This document shows, in pieces, positions 49,900-63,803 of a DNA stretch of 64,000 nucleotides. The DNA is from Marsupella aquatica (Eukaryota; Plantae; Marchantiophyta). The DNA is taken from assembly GCA_973895155.1 (NCBI GenBank), contig OZ316894.1, forward strand, positions 15,988,699-16,052,698, given 5' to 3'. How positions within the stretch are numbered: position 1 is the stretch's first letter; the number at the start of each line of letters is the position of its first letter. The notes beneath the pieces were generated by a model, which did no database searches, was not told the DNA's origin, and saw only the letters and a program-made list of their open reading frames with translations. A program made the position numbers and the translations under genes.

Positions 49900-52645
49900 A
49901 ATAAGCTCCTTGAGCTCTAGTGTATTCTTATGGACATACCCTCAACTAAGGTGAACCACGTCTCTTTCTGTGTTGGTTACTTGTGGGTTGGATTGTCACG
50001 GGCTTGTCATTGTGAATGTGGTTTGTTGCATGGAACTCAGGTGTAATGGGCTCAATGGATAGATAGTGCAAGGGCTTTCTATTGATGCATAGAAATCATT
50101 CATCGGTATCCATGGTGCGGAGGAATCAAAATTTACGTTCTTCTGGATTTTTTGGTGAAATTTTGCGTTTTAAAGTTTTTTGGAGGAGGGATCTGAACTT
50201 GTTTTCTTGACGGTAAGAGCTTTGCAGGGCATGAGGCGTTGCATGTTGTGGTTCCACTTGTAGTTCAAGGCCAACGAGGCATTTTGGTAGATAGTACGTT
50301 TGTTGTTGAGTGAGTATCGAGTGCGTTGTGACAAGCAAAAGTTGAGTTCTGGTTTTTTGACGAGCTATGGTGTTTGTTTTGCCTGAATTTGGTTTCTCAT
50401 CGTTGTGTTCAACTCAAAGGAAGAAATGCAAAGTGCTATGGCTCAACGGAGAAATAGCAACGAGGTGGTTGTTTTGAGTCCAAGATTGGCACTTGATGCA
50501 CAGAGAAGTAGACGCGGTAAAGTTTTTTCTCTGCTATTTGGACAAGGGGAATAACCCCTTTTGAGCCCTACTCAAGGAATATCTTAAAAAAATAGAGCTC
50601 TTTTTTGGCCGCTCATTGTTATTGTCATTTGTCAAATAATAATGTTATAATTCTTCTTTGGCAAGTTGGTAGTCATTGGAGTAAGCAACACGATACATTA
50701 ATCCAATATTATTTCCAACATTGGGTTCTAGTTCACATTTTGATTATTCCCCAAAGTGGTCAAAATGGAGGAGAATTCCAAGCTTTACCCACCCCAACCA
50801 AAAAGTGAATAATTTTTTGGTCAAATTTTGGTTTCAATTTCAGTTTCCAGCATTGGATAGCTAAGCTTGTGGGCTATGCGACACTGATTAGTTTTGAGTT
50901 TTTTTAGAAGTTCAAAATTATTATTTTTCTTGATTTCGCACGTGAGTTTTTGGGAGGAGGGTTTTATTGTCGGCAAGGACTTTGACCCTAAAGTTGTTGA
51001 GTCACCAAATCGGTCTGAGGAGGAAGAGGAATTGCTGGCAAAACTATGGTCATCAGTACTACAGCCAATGGCAAGAAGAAAAAGGATAGGGACAATCAAG
51101 CTTGGCGGGCCCAATTTAGAGGTTACAAAATACAATGGTCGTATGGAATTATTTATTGTGGGAGTGATAAGTGAAGGGGGTACTCCATGCTACCGGGCTT
51201 GGTAAGCTGTTGAAGGATCAGTCAAACGACGTTCACAATGATTACTAACAGGACATGCAAAAGCAAACTATAAGCATCATGATGCTCTATTTGCAATCAA
51301 TTGTCATCAAGTAGTTGGTGGACCGACTGCGAATTACTGTTTGCAGAGTTGTAGTAAAAATGCCATCAGATTAAGCGGTCAAATTGACTCTACACGTCAT
51401 TGAACCTGATGAAGGAAGAGAGTTCAAAGATTTAGGACCACATTGATGGTTTTAACGACCTGACCGTTGACTTGCAAACTCTGGAGGAGGATTTGAGTGA
51501 TGAGCAACAAACTCTTCACCTACTTAGCTTTATGCCCTCATTGTATCAATTGTTGTGACAAGTGTTGCTTCACCATGACAGGTTGACCATCATTTACAAT
51601 GAGGTAGTAAGTGCTCTGGCTGTTGACTAATGACTTGCAGCAAAGGCGAACCATGCCCTCTCAACCATCATAGTTGTGCGGTGTTGTCTTGAATGTGAAC
51701 CGTGGGTGGTCCTAATAGCGCACAAATGATAGGGGCCACAGTAAATCTAGGACAAGATTTATTTCTAAGGTAAGTCCTAGAAGAGGAAGTCGGTGGTGTA
51801 CTGGAAGTGTGGCAAGGTTAGTCACATGAAGATGGATTGCAAAGGCAAGACAACTAATCTTCATTAGCCAATGTGGCTAGGCTAGGGTTGATGAAGAAGT
51901 TGATTTACTCAATGATGAATTTGTTGTACAAAACCAGGAATATGCCTTGTGCACTTCATCTAGGAAAGTAGAGTATGTGTAGATTCTTGATTATGCTTGC
52001 TATTTTCATATTTGCTACATTTGCAAGCTATTCAGTGCTTACTCCATATTAGACGGTTTAATTTTGATGGAAAATGATCACTCATGTGGAGGGTATTGGG
52101 TCTATAAAAATTCAAATGTTGGATGGAGTAAGCAAAAATTTGTATGTATTATAGGGGAATACACTATGTGAAAAGCCAATATAACCAAGCTAGTCTCACA
52201 AGGAGATGACTCAATTGTGGCATTTACGGCTAGGCCACATGAGTGAAAAAGATTTAGTTATGTTACGGAAATTGGACTCATTTATGATTTGTAGTCTTGT
52301 AAATTAGATTTCTATGAGCATTGCATTTTTGAAAAGCAACATTTATGCCTCAAGGGGTAGAACTCTCCATGAAACACCTGAGTACATGAGCCTCTATGTC
52401 TGCCTCAGGGGTAGGAACCTTTATGGAATGGTTCATATGAGCCTTTGTGCAATGCTTAGGGACATGAGCCTCTATGAGTGGAGAAAGGGGAGTCCATCAT
52501 CCATGTGAGGAGAAAAATGCACTATGGGAGATTCATCCACCAACCTGTAGTTGTTTGCTTGTACTACACAATTTATTTAGGGGAACAAGCCAATAGAGAA
52601 ACCAGGTCATGAATGATCTCTTCAGCACCTGGTGAAGGGGGAGAT
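49900..52645 (+). mobile_element. Heavily decayed, internally deleted Ty1/Copia retrotransposon
   Basis: LTR remnant at ~49930-50030 resembles the LTR end at 6371-6478. Gag start LGGPNLEVTKYNGR (~51068-51145), zinc knuckle YWKCGKVSHMKMDC (~51800-51840), protease-like ILDYACYFHIC (~51983), GAG-pre-integrase LWHLRLGHMSEK (~52216), PPT AAGGGGGAGA at ~52635. Many stops and frameshifts. Confidence 0.8.
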
Positions 52646-52649
52646 TGGG

Positions 52650-54301
52650 AACCCAAGGTTGACCCTGAAGCTATTCATCTAAGGTTCCTTTTTGGCAGGG
52701 CCTTGGGTTGCTCATGTATGCCAAAGCTTTAAATTTTCATTCTCCGCCTCCAATATGACTAGTCCATCTCTTAAACGTTTTGGATGAATCCACGGGAGTT
52801 GCGGAACTCGACTACCTTAACACTTAGCTCCGGCGTCGCTAACTCCGAAGCCGAGCTCCCTTATGGTCCAGGCCCAGATAGGCCATCCGGAGAGGACTTA
52901 GCATGGGGAGACTTGTGGGCAACGAGACGTGGCGCTAGCGAAGGCAAGGAGCCAAGCTGGTGACACACACTAAGGACTTGGATTAGCTGAGAGCTGGTCG
53001 GGTCAAGGGGAAATTGGCCGGACTCAAGGACTCCGGACCTCCAGATGGACTTTGAGTTCTGAGGGCTTGAGTGTGAGCTCCTCTTGGGCCCAAGGCCAAT
53101 GTAGTGGACGCCATGGGCAACGGACACTTGGGGCGCAAGTTATGGCCCGATCTGGGTTGGGCCGATCGGGGGCCTTGAGCTGCAATGAGACCTGAGGGCC
53201 TAGGCATGAGCACTGGGTCGGCCTGATCACAACGGGCTAAGGCACTCCGCTTGCGGATGTCTAACGAGAAAGTTATGGGCGTTACCAGTTGGTGGCACGC
53301 CCATTATGCGCGATAGGATCCGGGTTGGGGGCCAAATGTTTAGGGAGCAAAGCTGATCCGAGGGTGGCAGGTCTCCAGAAGCATATATGAGGGGAGTGGT
53401 GTTTCCTTGGGGGCTAAATGCAAGCCGAAATCGTGAGCCGCGGCGGTCGCGACACTAAGGGAAATCGCCAAATGAAAACAACGATATCTATCCAGCGGGA
53501 AGTCCGTTGGAGGACTTCTTGGGTGCGTTGGAAATCTCTCAACAAGGGCTATGCCCTCTTGAGCTCAGCTGGGTCTGGGGCACCATGGGTTCTCAAGGTT
53601 TGCGGGTGTTAACTCGCCCGCTTGCCAAATCCTGCCGAATAGCAACCAAGCCGCGTTCAGTCTCCCAAGGGAGCTTGTGTTGGGGAGGCAAGGCCAAGTA
53701 GGTGTGGAGGTTCAGTTCCAAGAGTGTTCGGCCCCTAGATCATCAGTGAGGCAAATCGGGAGTTGGTTGCTAGAGTCGGGGCCATTCTGGTCCCGGCGTG
53801 TTGGGACAAGCTTTAGGACAAGCTATGCTATTTGGGCCATGAGCATGTCCTGGGGTCAGGGCGGTCAGTTGGTGATGGATAGGTACGAGGGGGAACCCGG
53901 GTCGCGCCCAAGGAAGGAGTTGTTCTGGACGAACAGTGGGCGTGGGTTCTGGTTCCGGCTTATGGTATCGGGAGGACCTATCGCTGACCTATTTACCAAT
54001 GTTTGTTGAGCTTGAGTTAGGATGCTAGACTTGGTGAGTTCTAGATCCTGAAGGGTTACTTACTGAGGTGCTTGGTTGCTTGTGCAGACAGTGAAGACCG
54101 TTGAGTAGCGGTCGTGTTGGAGAGCAAGTGCGGCTTCGTATGGGAGGGGCCGCTGGTGGTGCAAGGGGCACTAGGGTGCTTGCTCGAGGTATTCCGTGGA
54201 GGCGTTCGGGCACCAGGGGCACTTAAGCGTGAGTGCTGGGATTGGTGAGGGCGCTGGGTGGCGAGGTCCACCACTACGGGCTTTGTGTAGGAGAGACCAC
54301 A
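52650..54301. mobile_element. GC-rich, probably LTR-derived repeat segment
   Basis: Begins right after the Copia PPT. GC-rich, non-coding, with a central TATA-like GCATATATGAG (~53381), ending in ...ACCACA. No TSD confirmed. Confidence 0.3.
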
Positions 54302-55349
54302 AATCCACCCTTGTCATGAAGGCAATATTCCCCTTTGTATGAGATTGTGAAGATGATAAGAATACTTGCTATCAAATTTTCCTAGATAAAATTTTGATTG
54401 TTATATTGGTTGAAGGATATTAGTCAAATTCTCCCTAGTAGGGTCTATGGCCAGGTGGGAAAGTGGCTAATCAAAGTCTAAAAATCTGGCAAGGCTTTTG
54501 CCAAAATTGGCAAGCACTTTCATTGAAGTGTAATTGGTGAATTTGTTCCACTAAGAAAACACTCCTGAACTTTGGATAACCTCAGCTCTAGACAAAATGG
54601 GCAATCCACATCTTCATTTCTTTGGGCACATTGCTGGCCATGTAGGATCGGTAAACACCAAACCTGACTCATAGGCTAACAATTTATATAAATCAAAATC
54701 ATGTGAGTTCAAAGTATATTACAAGGGCCCATTACTTCTTTTGTGGGTCTACCTCATAAAGTTTACAGTTGTATCATGGAAAACCATTGTTTGAGTTGAA
54801 GTATTAATATAGCAGTCATTAAGAAAAAATACAGTATTTGAAATCCTCAGGCCTTATCTTAGTAGTGGCTGTTAATAAACAACCCTTGTCTTCAACTTGA
54901 AATTGTAAGAATTTGAAGCAATTGAGAGCAAGCTGCAAGATTTGGGTCACAACTATGTGCACATAGTTCATACCCTTCATTTTAGGGAGTGAGGCTGAAA
55001 ACTGGAAACTTTTGAGAACTTTCAAGAACATGAATGCACAACAAAGTCTGGGTAAACTTGTGAATGCATGCACTATTCTTCAGAAAAAAACATGAGACCA
55101 CTTAAATAACCCTGTATATTGTTGTAGATGATCTCTCACTTCTGGGATAGTGACCCCATCCCCAGAATACATGTCAAGCAAAAAGCAACCTACAACCTAC
55201 AACCCTCTCTCACCTGGCAACTCTTCAAGATCTTTCTCTTTGCATTTTTCTATACTTTATGAAACAGGCTGCCCAAGGGCATTTTGATAGTGGTCCTCTA
55301 CTTGTTTACTGGTAAAAACATTCCAATCTTAATTTGGGTTGTCTCCAAG

Positions 55350-55848
55350 TGTGAGCCCTGGAAACAGGGAGTTACTATCTACAAAACATCTCTGGCGGCA
55401 AGCCGCTCTTAAGCTTTATCCAGGACAGTGCTTTACCAAACACATTCAGAAAATTCTTTGGTACACTCCCTGAAACAAAGATCTTGCAGTCTCTCGATGA
55501 CACCCAACCAAACCAAGATATTGTTGAATTATTCTCCCATGTCTTACAGCAGTTACAAAACTTTGAGGACATGAGAGAATTCCATAATGTGGTGAATCCC
55601 AAGTGGGTCTACCGTTATTCTCACTTAAAAGTCAGGATGAGTTAACACTCAAACCCAGCTTCAACAACTTGCGATAACAATACAGGCTCAAACTGCAAGA
55701 AGGCCTCCCGCTGTGCTTGACCCGAAGTCACCAAGAGTTCCAAACAAGACACCTTCCTGATCAAGAGAGGAGCTTCGAGCTCTTCGTTAACTCACCCTCA
55801 GTTTCACAACTCCGCTGTGTGAGGGGTGTCAATTTCTGGGCTGTCACA
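55350..55848. mobile_element. Possible solo LTR (~500 bp)
   Basis: TGTGAGCCCTGGAAA ... TTTCTGGGCTGTCACA gives TG...CA ends with imperfect inverted termini, but the flanking 5-mers (CCAAG / GGTTT) do not form a TSD. Confidence 0.3.
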
Positions 55849-56298
55849 GGTTTTTTTATCCAAATCATTTGTGTATAACTTTGTCGTGAAAACTCTAAGA
55901 TCAGAATTTAGTGATTCCAAGCCTCATGATTTTGAGCTCAAACCGCTTCTGTTCTTGTGGCAGGCCAACTCTCAGGAGCCCTCTTATTGACGACAACTTG
56001 TTTTTTCAGAAACCTTAAGCATTTTGAGCTCTGAAAAGACTTTCCAATTGGTAAATCGCATGTTAACCTATACATTTGATAGACATTTCCCTTCGAATCC
56101 AGTATGTGAAAGACAAGGTCTGCAAAGAAACACTACTTCCACAAAAGAGACTGTCCTTGTCCTCATAGCTGAAAAAGTTTTGTTGGTATGTGATTGTTGA
56201 CATTCATAGTCATCGGCAACCATTGAATGCTAGCTTTGGAAGCAGTCAATGTTACTGTAGCTCAATGAACCACTGGATGAATAATGTTCTCCAACTTT

Positions 56299-58203
56299 TC
56301 ATGCGGGAAGGGCAAAGCTCATTTGCTGCCACTGCGGTGGATCCATAACAATGCAAGGATCTGATTTCCTGAAACTAGCCACCTGTCATAACAAAGCCTC
56401 AGTCAACATACCTCGTATTCAACAGAGGAACGTTGAGAAAAAGAGTTGGAACATCAGTTTGTACCACGCCAAGAACAATCCATTGCACAACATCTGAATT
56501 TTTAACAAAAATAATTCTAACAAGAAAGTAATCTGCCAAGCCACAGAAGCTGAAACGTAGAGATTGAAAACATCCATTCTCAGTCCAATTTGACTCACGT
56601 GGAGCTGCCTTAACAAGGAAGTACGGTTGCGTTCAAACAATACCTTTTCTCCACAATTCTCACAGAAATGCTCCTTATGCCAAAGACAGTCACAATTCTT
56701 GCAAAGGAAGCAGACTCCAACAAGAGATACCAAGCACGCAACACATGCCGCAAAGCTTGGTGAGGACCTGAATTCAACCAAGTAGAGGGTCAGGATAAAG
56801 CTTCCAATTCAAGCGTAAGGACGACCCGTTACTCGACTGACACCTTAATCACATGTCACTCATAGCAAAGTTGTTTCCCTCATGCAAACTGAAACGCCTC
56901 GTGCAGAATCAACTCGGGCTCGCAGAAACATAGGTTGACGGAGAGTTAGATTTTTAGGAACGTCCAGGACAATACCATATTTTTCCTGCACCCACTGATG
57001 TATCTATTGGAAATAGGGAGATGCTCGTCACGTTAATGACATGAAATATGAAGAGGCCGTAGAGGGGGAGCACAAGCAGTAGTTAGTCTCAGGTGACTGA
57101 CCAAAAAGCATAAACCGATTTAAAGCTCTTCCCTGCATGTCACGAGGCATAATCACCCTCGTCTTGACAAACAATACGCTTGACCGCCTTCATTCCATGG
57201 CCTCTGTCGTTCATTACTAAATCTTCACTCTAACGACCTTCACTCTAACGGTCCAGATCGTAGGTCATGTACTCTCATGACCTAAAATTAAGGTCAGGAA
57301 TCTTTGTGCCGGTACTAAAATATCTGAAGGTTTCTCTATGGTCTTGCACGTTTTCCAAAGTACTGTTCAATTGACTCCATACAAGATACCAACCCTTCGT
57401 ACGATCTAGAGATATTAGTTAAGCTAGTCCTAAGCAAGACTGGACTAGAATTCTTTCAACTTGTAGGGGTTCATCGCTTCGATCTCTCTTTTGCAGGATA
57501 TGCTTCTTGCCCATTTAGGCACCGACTCCCGTTCACATCATTCAAATCCAACATACGCAATTGAATTCAATTCGATTGGATGCTTTGCCACTGACCCCCG
57601 ATCACTAGAATTAACTCAACGAATTTGTTTTGATTCAATGCTCCGCGGCTGGCGCCGTTCAACTCAAAATAAGTCAACTGAAATGATTGGATTCAATGCT
57701 CTGCTGTTCATTTCAGGTATCTTCAACTGAAATTCGACTGGATGATCAGCCACTCATCTTCCAGAAATCAATCTTGCAGTTCACGCGGCCATCAAACACC
57801 AGAAACACGAGAGAGCAGAATCAGACGAGAGAACTCACTTGACGCGAGTAAGTCCTGATTTCCCACAGTGAGGACATTCAAATGGTGCAGGAGTGTCGTA
57901 GAAAAACGTTTCTCTCAAAGGGATACCATTCGGAGGCCCATAAATGGCGTTGGGAGGGACCATTCCTGCCTGGTATGGATTTGTGTTTGGATGGTAAGCG
58001 TAGTTAGGGGCTTGCTGGAGCGGTGGAGCGTGCATCCCCGGCTGTGGATACCCTTGAGGGACATACGGATGTCCATATGCGGAACTTGCTTGGCCGGGGG
58101 CTGGCGGAGGGTAACCATACGGAATACCCATTGCCGGTTCCTGACCATGATATCCACCCTGTGTCGTTTTCATTTCCTCCTCAGATTGAAATGCTCCTGT
58201 CAT
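56299..58203 (-). CDS. GILP: LITAF-domain zinc-ribbon protein (GILP-like); 3 exons
   Basis: Exons 58203-57839 (alternative ATG at 58173), 56767-56644 and 56382-56299. Pro/Tyr-rich N-terminus, PAPFECPHCGKSGLTRVK/SSPSFAACVAC...CDCLWHKEHFCENCGEK/VASFRKSDPCIVMDPPQWQQMSFALPA*: CxxC, hydrophobic stretch, HxCxxC. Confidence 0.93.
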
Positions 58204-58727
58204 GACTAACTGACTGACTGACTATGGTCGCGATGACAATGTACTCCAAGATAGCGCCTCCAATTCTCAATAGATTAGCTTCGCCACCGATCGATCAACA
58301 CTCTGCCCCAATCGCTAGAATTATCCACAACATCAATCGCACACTGCTCTGTCCAATTCACCCAATGCTCCACCAGATAGATCCAACAACACACTGCCCC
58401 GAATTGATCATTCAAATTCTTCACCCGATCAAGCAATCTGCTTCCAATCGCCCAAATTCTAGACCAGAGCAGAATCTCACGGTTACAACAACAATGTCCA
58501 CAATCCCACCAGCACAAGGGCAGCAAACAACCGACGAATCAATCGCCACACAGACAGCAGGCGAACTGCGGAAAAATTGAATCAATCAGTTCCGACCAAA
58601 GAGCCGCAAAAGTGCCGAACAAGTTCTTTGATTGATGTCAAGTCCAAATGACAAGAGCGGCTTCCCCCAGTACCTGTGACCGTCCCGGACCCGACCTGAT
58701 AGACACCACCATAGCATCACACCACAA

Positions 58728-58826
58728 CGCTTGACGACGACCAACGCAGTAGCGCGTCAAATTGTCAACAGTCACGTGAGGTTTGTTTGGTCGTGAACAT
58801 GATGACGACCAACTTCGTCGCGTAAA
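58728..58826 (-). promoter_or_regulatory. Cluster of stress-type cis-motifs upstream of the LITAF gene
   Basis: G-box CACGTG at 58773-58778, CGCGT at ~58753 and ~58819, TGACG cores at ~58732 and ~58755 (reverse). Motif match only. Confidence 0.3.
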
Positions 58827-61800
58827 ATAATGCGGTATGAACCGACTACAGCAGAGTTTTTTAAACTGGGTTTCGAGAATAAAATGATGGAAGTCCCGTC
58901 GATGGGGGGTATTCATCCCTAAAACGAAGCATTTCCAGCGATGAAAGGGTAGATACCCGTATTGATGTGTTGAGCCAGAGCTTCAGCATCGTTGTGCGTT
59001 TGCAACCTCATTAGGGAGTATCAAACCTGGAAGTTTGCGGAAAAGAACTTGGCCCTAAACTACCAGTTTGGGTCACCAGCCAGGAGTGTGCGGACACTCA
59101 TTTTTGTCTCCGCCACTTTTTATCCGGAAATTTGTTTTTTAATGTGACCAGCGGCAGAAAGGAGATGCCCTACTGCATTGCACTCTTTAAATGGCAGGCC
59201 ACTCATGTATATAGGATAACCAAGGTAACTAGAGTCTGGAATGTGAGAGCAAGCTGACTGGGTAGCCAGTAAGATTTCCCAAACACTCCAGATGCAAGGA
59301 TAGTCTACAAGCCCCGTCCAGACAAGGTTTCTGTGCGTAAATTTTGTCCAGAAAGTGGTTATCCTAAACTACATTTCTGGGCACAAGTTTATGAGAATAG
59401 CAGCATTGGTAGAAAAGGTTACCCACCAACAACTTTGTTCCTTACAAAATTTATTGTGTATTAGGCCAGTGGTATTGGGTGAGTTAGTTTTGGCCTCCAG
59501 TCAAGTAATCGGGCAGCAAATACCTGCTGAAACCATACCTGTTTCCAAATGAGTACACATACCGCTTGGATGACTTAGGAAAATTGGAAAATGCTGATCC
59601 AATGGCTAGGGAACCATTGCATCACAATGTGCGGACCCAATCAGGTACAGTGGAGGACAAGCTTGGGGCTGCTGCTGTATGCATTCTTGGCACATAGGGT
59701 CTTTGCTGCAGCAAAACTTCAAAATGACTTGTTCCTCTGAAAGAACATTGCATCTATTTTGCCCCCCTGGACAAGCTCCCCAAAACAAAGTAGAGGACCC
59801 ATTGGATTTCCCCCCATTGCTGGAGAATGCCCCTAAAAAGTCCTCATCCTGGCTCGCATCCCATCATTTCCTACATTCCTAGACAAAGTGCAAAAGACAT
59901 TTTGCCCTGTCACCTGAAAACAGCTTTTAACACCATTGCCACTAAAGAAAGGCATGGCTGTGTGGTAGTTCACTTGGGTTTAAATATTGCGACTAACTGT
60001 TCCCTTAATTTTTGTGGGGTTTCACAGATTTCCCCTTTATAAAAACTTAGAAAATTACACCTTCAAATGTACTAAAATACAACATTGCCATTGTTTTTAT
60101 TGTATTCAAAAATATGCCACTGTTTTTGTATATCCACACCTTCGTTACTTTGTTGAACTTGCTGTCTTTATACAAAACTGTGACTTATTTGTAAATCCCC
60201 AAAAAACCATGGTACTATTATCAATTAGAATATCTTTAGTGGCAATTGAAAGTGATTAACAGTTGCACATGAAAATACATTTCATGCCTTAAGAGTAATG
60301 TGTGAAAGCACAAAAATCAACAATAATTACTGTTTGTGCAGTTTTGACATTTGCAATACCATACGCAAGGAAATTTCTTTCTCACTTTCCCAGACTGCTC
60401 AAGGCTAAGTAGCCCTGAGTACCAGACCCAAATGACAAGCTTATGGGTGAAAGAGCACACACTGGAGCACCATCCCCAATGCTAACCCTAACTGTGATGA
60501 TGCAGGCCACCATAAACTTAACTAATTGAGAGTTCTTTGAGTTAAGCCATTCATAGCCTGCATTTGCAGTAACTCACTAATCCTACTTTATCATGTTGTC
60601 ACCCAATTGGTCACCCTCTCCACTTAAACCACAACTTCCCCTATATAAGGGGAAGTGTCCAAGACCTGCCCCTTTTTTCACATTTCAATCACTATTCTCC
60701 TCTAGCATGCCAGTTTGCTCCAGAATTTCAGGAAAATTTGCCTTTTAATGATAAGCTACGGGTTACCCGTAGCTTTTGAAGGGCAGGTGTGCTTTAAAAA
60801 AACTCTAGGTGTTCACAGATTCACTTTTCACATAGATATCTTCATCTGAAGCCGGTCACAAAAACCTGGATGGGAATGTTCATCTAATGGATTTTCATTG
60901 ATGAGAACAAGGGAACTCAGATTTTGAGTTCCCCAAAGGCTCTCACAGGTTTCCCGTCCAGAACTGACATGCCCTAATGTTTGCATCCCTCCAAGAGTTA
61001 AAGGAAAACGGATATATGCAATCATACCCCGTCTACTCTAGCCATTTTCTTTGAATTTTGTTCATCCTCTCTGGAATGTTTCCGTGAAAACATGACTGGA
61101 ATGACCTAACTTGTGAACCCTACAATCCTCATAAACCATGACACCACTAAAAAGGATGTCAGGATCCACCAAAAGGTTTTATCACCAATCCTAATGATCT
61201 TGTATATATACTTGCTTAAATTATAGTGCAGGCCTTCAATTTACCAAGGAAGAGAAATAGTGTGGGACTTGATACATTCCAATTGGAATTCAATACAATG
61301 TCATATCCTCCGGTTTCAAATCTTACTTAAACCACTACTCTCCACCAGGTTCAGGTAGGATAAAATAGAGCAAGTTAAAACTTTTTTGAGCACATTTTTG
61401 GTTTATTTTAGTAACCTGGATCCACCAGGTTTTGCTTTGGGAAAGTGGCGCTTTAGCACTACTTTCATTCAAAATAATATATTTTGTCTAATCTCATGCG
61501 TTGAGGTGTAGCCCAAACCATGGAAATCTGAGTGAGATGCATAACACAATTGATACCTCCATTTGAAGACACAGGTCTGCTTTTATTTTGCAGAGTCTTA
61601 TACTTGTATATCCTATTTGATTCAAGGTTTTGACAGCCTTTTTGGACGTTCTTAGACTAGAGCAAGAGGCTTTAGCAATCCGTTATTAAAGGACATTTTG
61701 CCAGTTGAGCAGAGTAAGTTGGGAAAAGTTGCTAATTTGGGTTTTCTTAGACTAGAGCAAAAGGGCTATAATTGAACAATATGAGTTTTGCAATCCCTTA

Positions 61801-63015
61801 CTATGAGCTGGAGAGGGAAGTTTACCTTCTGGGCCTAAATTGGGAAATTTGGGTTTCTTGGGTATTCCATGTGACAAGCAAACCATGCACTTTTACACAA
61901 GGGCAATGTGTGTGTACTCCTTTGGTACCCACCTCTAGGTTGGACGGGTAGTCCATTCAGTCAACTTAATGAGCACTAAGCAGCAAAAGACTTGATGGGG
62001 CCCCTAACAAGCCCTTTTCTTTGGAAAGGGGCTTATTGGGCCCCCAGTCTCTCCCACCCTTGTACATCGATCTTACTAATAAAGCACGATGCAAAACTAT
62101 TTTAGAGGGCTATGATCTAGAGTGAAGCCTCTAGACCACAGCTCTGAATAAAGACAAAAAGAAAATGAGGGTGAACAAAGACAAAGTGGGCAAAGATGAA
62201 TAGTACATAATTATTGTTTTTGGCAGTGTTTTTTGATGGTCTTTATCTCTATTTATGTTCAAGGAACAAGTAATCATACTAGTGAAGTAACATTTGTTTT
62301 ACACACCGGAAAGTGACAATAGAGGGTCTCTAAGCTTTGAAATTATGGAAGATGGCATTTGGCCATAAAGGAATGGTCATAAATTTTTCACAAGGTTATG
62401 TAAAAGTTTCTTTGGTTTTTTTTGTCACCAGCCTCTACAGTGAGTGATGGTAATGACATAAGACCAATCCTTAATATGGCAAAATGTTATGGACTATGAA
62501 TTTAGTAGTCCACAACTTTTTTTTTAAAACTTTTTTCTTTCTAAAAGGGAAATCTGTGAAACCCATAGAAAGGGAAGAGTCAACCACAATAGTTGGAAAG
62601 AGTCAGCCCACAACAGTTGAACCCAAGACCTGTCAGTCTCTACTCAAGTGAGCTTCCACAAAGTCATGCCTCTCAAGGCTATAGTACACAACTTTTTGTG
62701 TCCATAACCTGTAACTAGGGAAGTAAGCCGTCAAATTGTCAGCATAAATGATGTCAGGAAGGCACCTTACTGGCATGTAAACATTTCTGAAGGCCCCAGC
62801 TATTCACATAATCTATTGCCTGGAAGCAACTTTATTCCAGACAAAAATTACTTATTATAATGTATGTCTTTTCCGAGGTTGTAGCCTGAACCCTGCTCAA
62901 GAAGGCTCAGAAAACCTTCCCTCCCTGCAGTCAGGTGTTCTTCACTTCAGGTGTTCTTCACTTCAGGTAATTGGCTAGTAACCCCAGACCAGAGGTGCAT
63001 TACTCCTATAGTTTA

Positions 63016-63240
63016 GGACCACTAATAATGGGAGGAGTAAGAGAGACCCTTCCCTTCAGAATAGTAGGGGCTGGAGCACAAAGTGAGGGAGGGCAACATG
63101 GCCGGGGACAAAACAATAGGGCCTCCTATACTTTGAGACCACTAGTGGGAGGAGTAAGAGAGACCCTTGCCAACAGCACCTTTCAGACAAGTAGGGCACA
63201 AAGTGAGGGAGGGCAACATGGCAGGGGACAAACAATAGGA
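63016..63240. repeat. Imperfect tandem duplication, ~120-bp unit x2
   Basis: GGGAGGAGTAAGAGAGACCCTT...GCACAAAGTGAGGGAGGGCAACATGGC.GGGGACAAA(A)CAATAGG occurs twice. Confidence 0.85.
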
Positions 63241-63380
63241 GTCCGGTTGCCTATGGAGCACCATGACCACATTGACAATTTTTAGTCCAGAAAGAGGGAA
63301 TGATGTTCTGGGGTTCTGGCAGGCACAGCCCCATCAAGTCTATTTCAGAAGATAGGGGCTCCTTCAGGGGTTTAGTCTGT

Positions 63381-63691
63381 TTCACTCTTTCTTTGAGTTT
63401 CACAAGGTGTCCGGGCTTGCAGAACCGAATCGGGTGAGGGATTTCACTCTTTCTTCGAGTTTCACAAGGTGTCCGGGCTTTGCAGAACCGAATCGGATGA
63501 GGGATTTCACTCGTTCTTTGAGTTTCAGAAGGTGTCCGGGCTTGCAAAACCGAATCGGATGAGGGATTTCACTCGTTCTTTGAGTTTCAGAAGGTGTCCG
63601 GGCTTTGCAGAACCTATTCGGATGAGGGATTTCACACTCTTTCTTCGAGGTTCACAAGGTGTCCGGGCTGGCAGAACCGAATCGGATGAGG
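63381..63691. repeat. Minisatellite, 5 head-to-tail copies of a 62-63-bp unit
   Basis: Unit TTCACTC(T/G)TTCTT(T/C)GAGTTTCA(C/G)AAGGTGTCCGGGCTT(T)GCAGAACCGAATCGGATGAGGGAT starting at ~63381, 63443, 63506, 63568 and 63631. Confidence 0.93.
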
Positions 63692-63803
63692 AGGAGTGAT
63701 TTGAGTTCATGACCGGGCTGCAGAGTGAGCGAATTTGATTGTTAATTAAGACCAGCGCAATCACTCGGATCACTAGCAGCAAGACGAATTTTCGGAAGGC
63801 GAG

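Noticed and set aside
59200-59800. Possible decayed hAT transposase on the minus strand (LYLIGSAHCDAM resembles the CxAH motif)
   Set aside because: Only one weak motif with multiple stops; cannot be supported without a profile search.
63381-63691. Regularly spaced repeats resembling a CRISPR array
   Set aside because: Units are head-to-tail and similar along their whole length, with no unique spacers. The context is eukaryotic and there are no cas genes.
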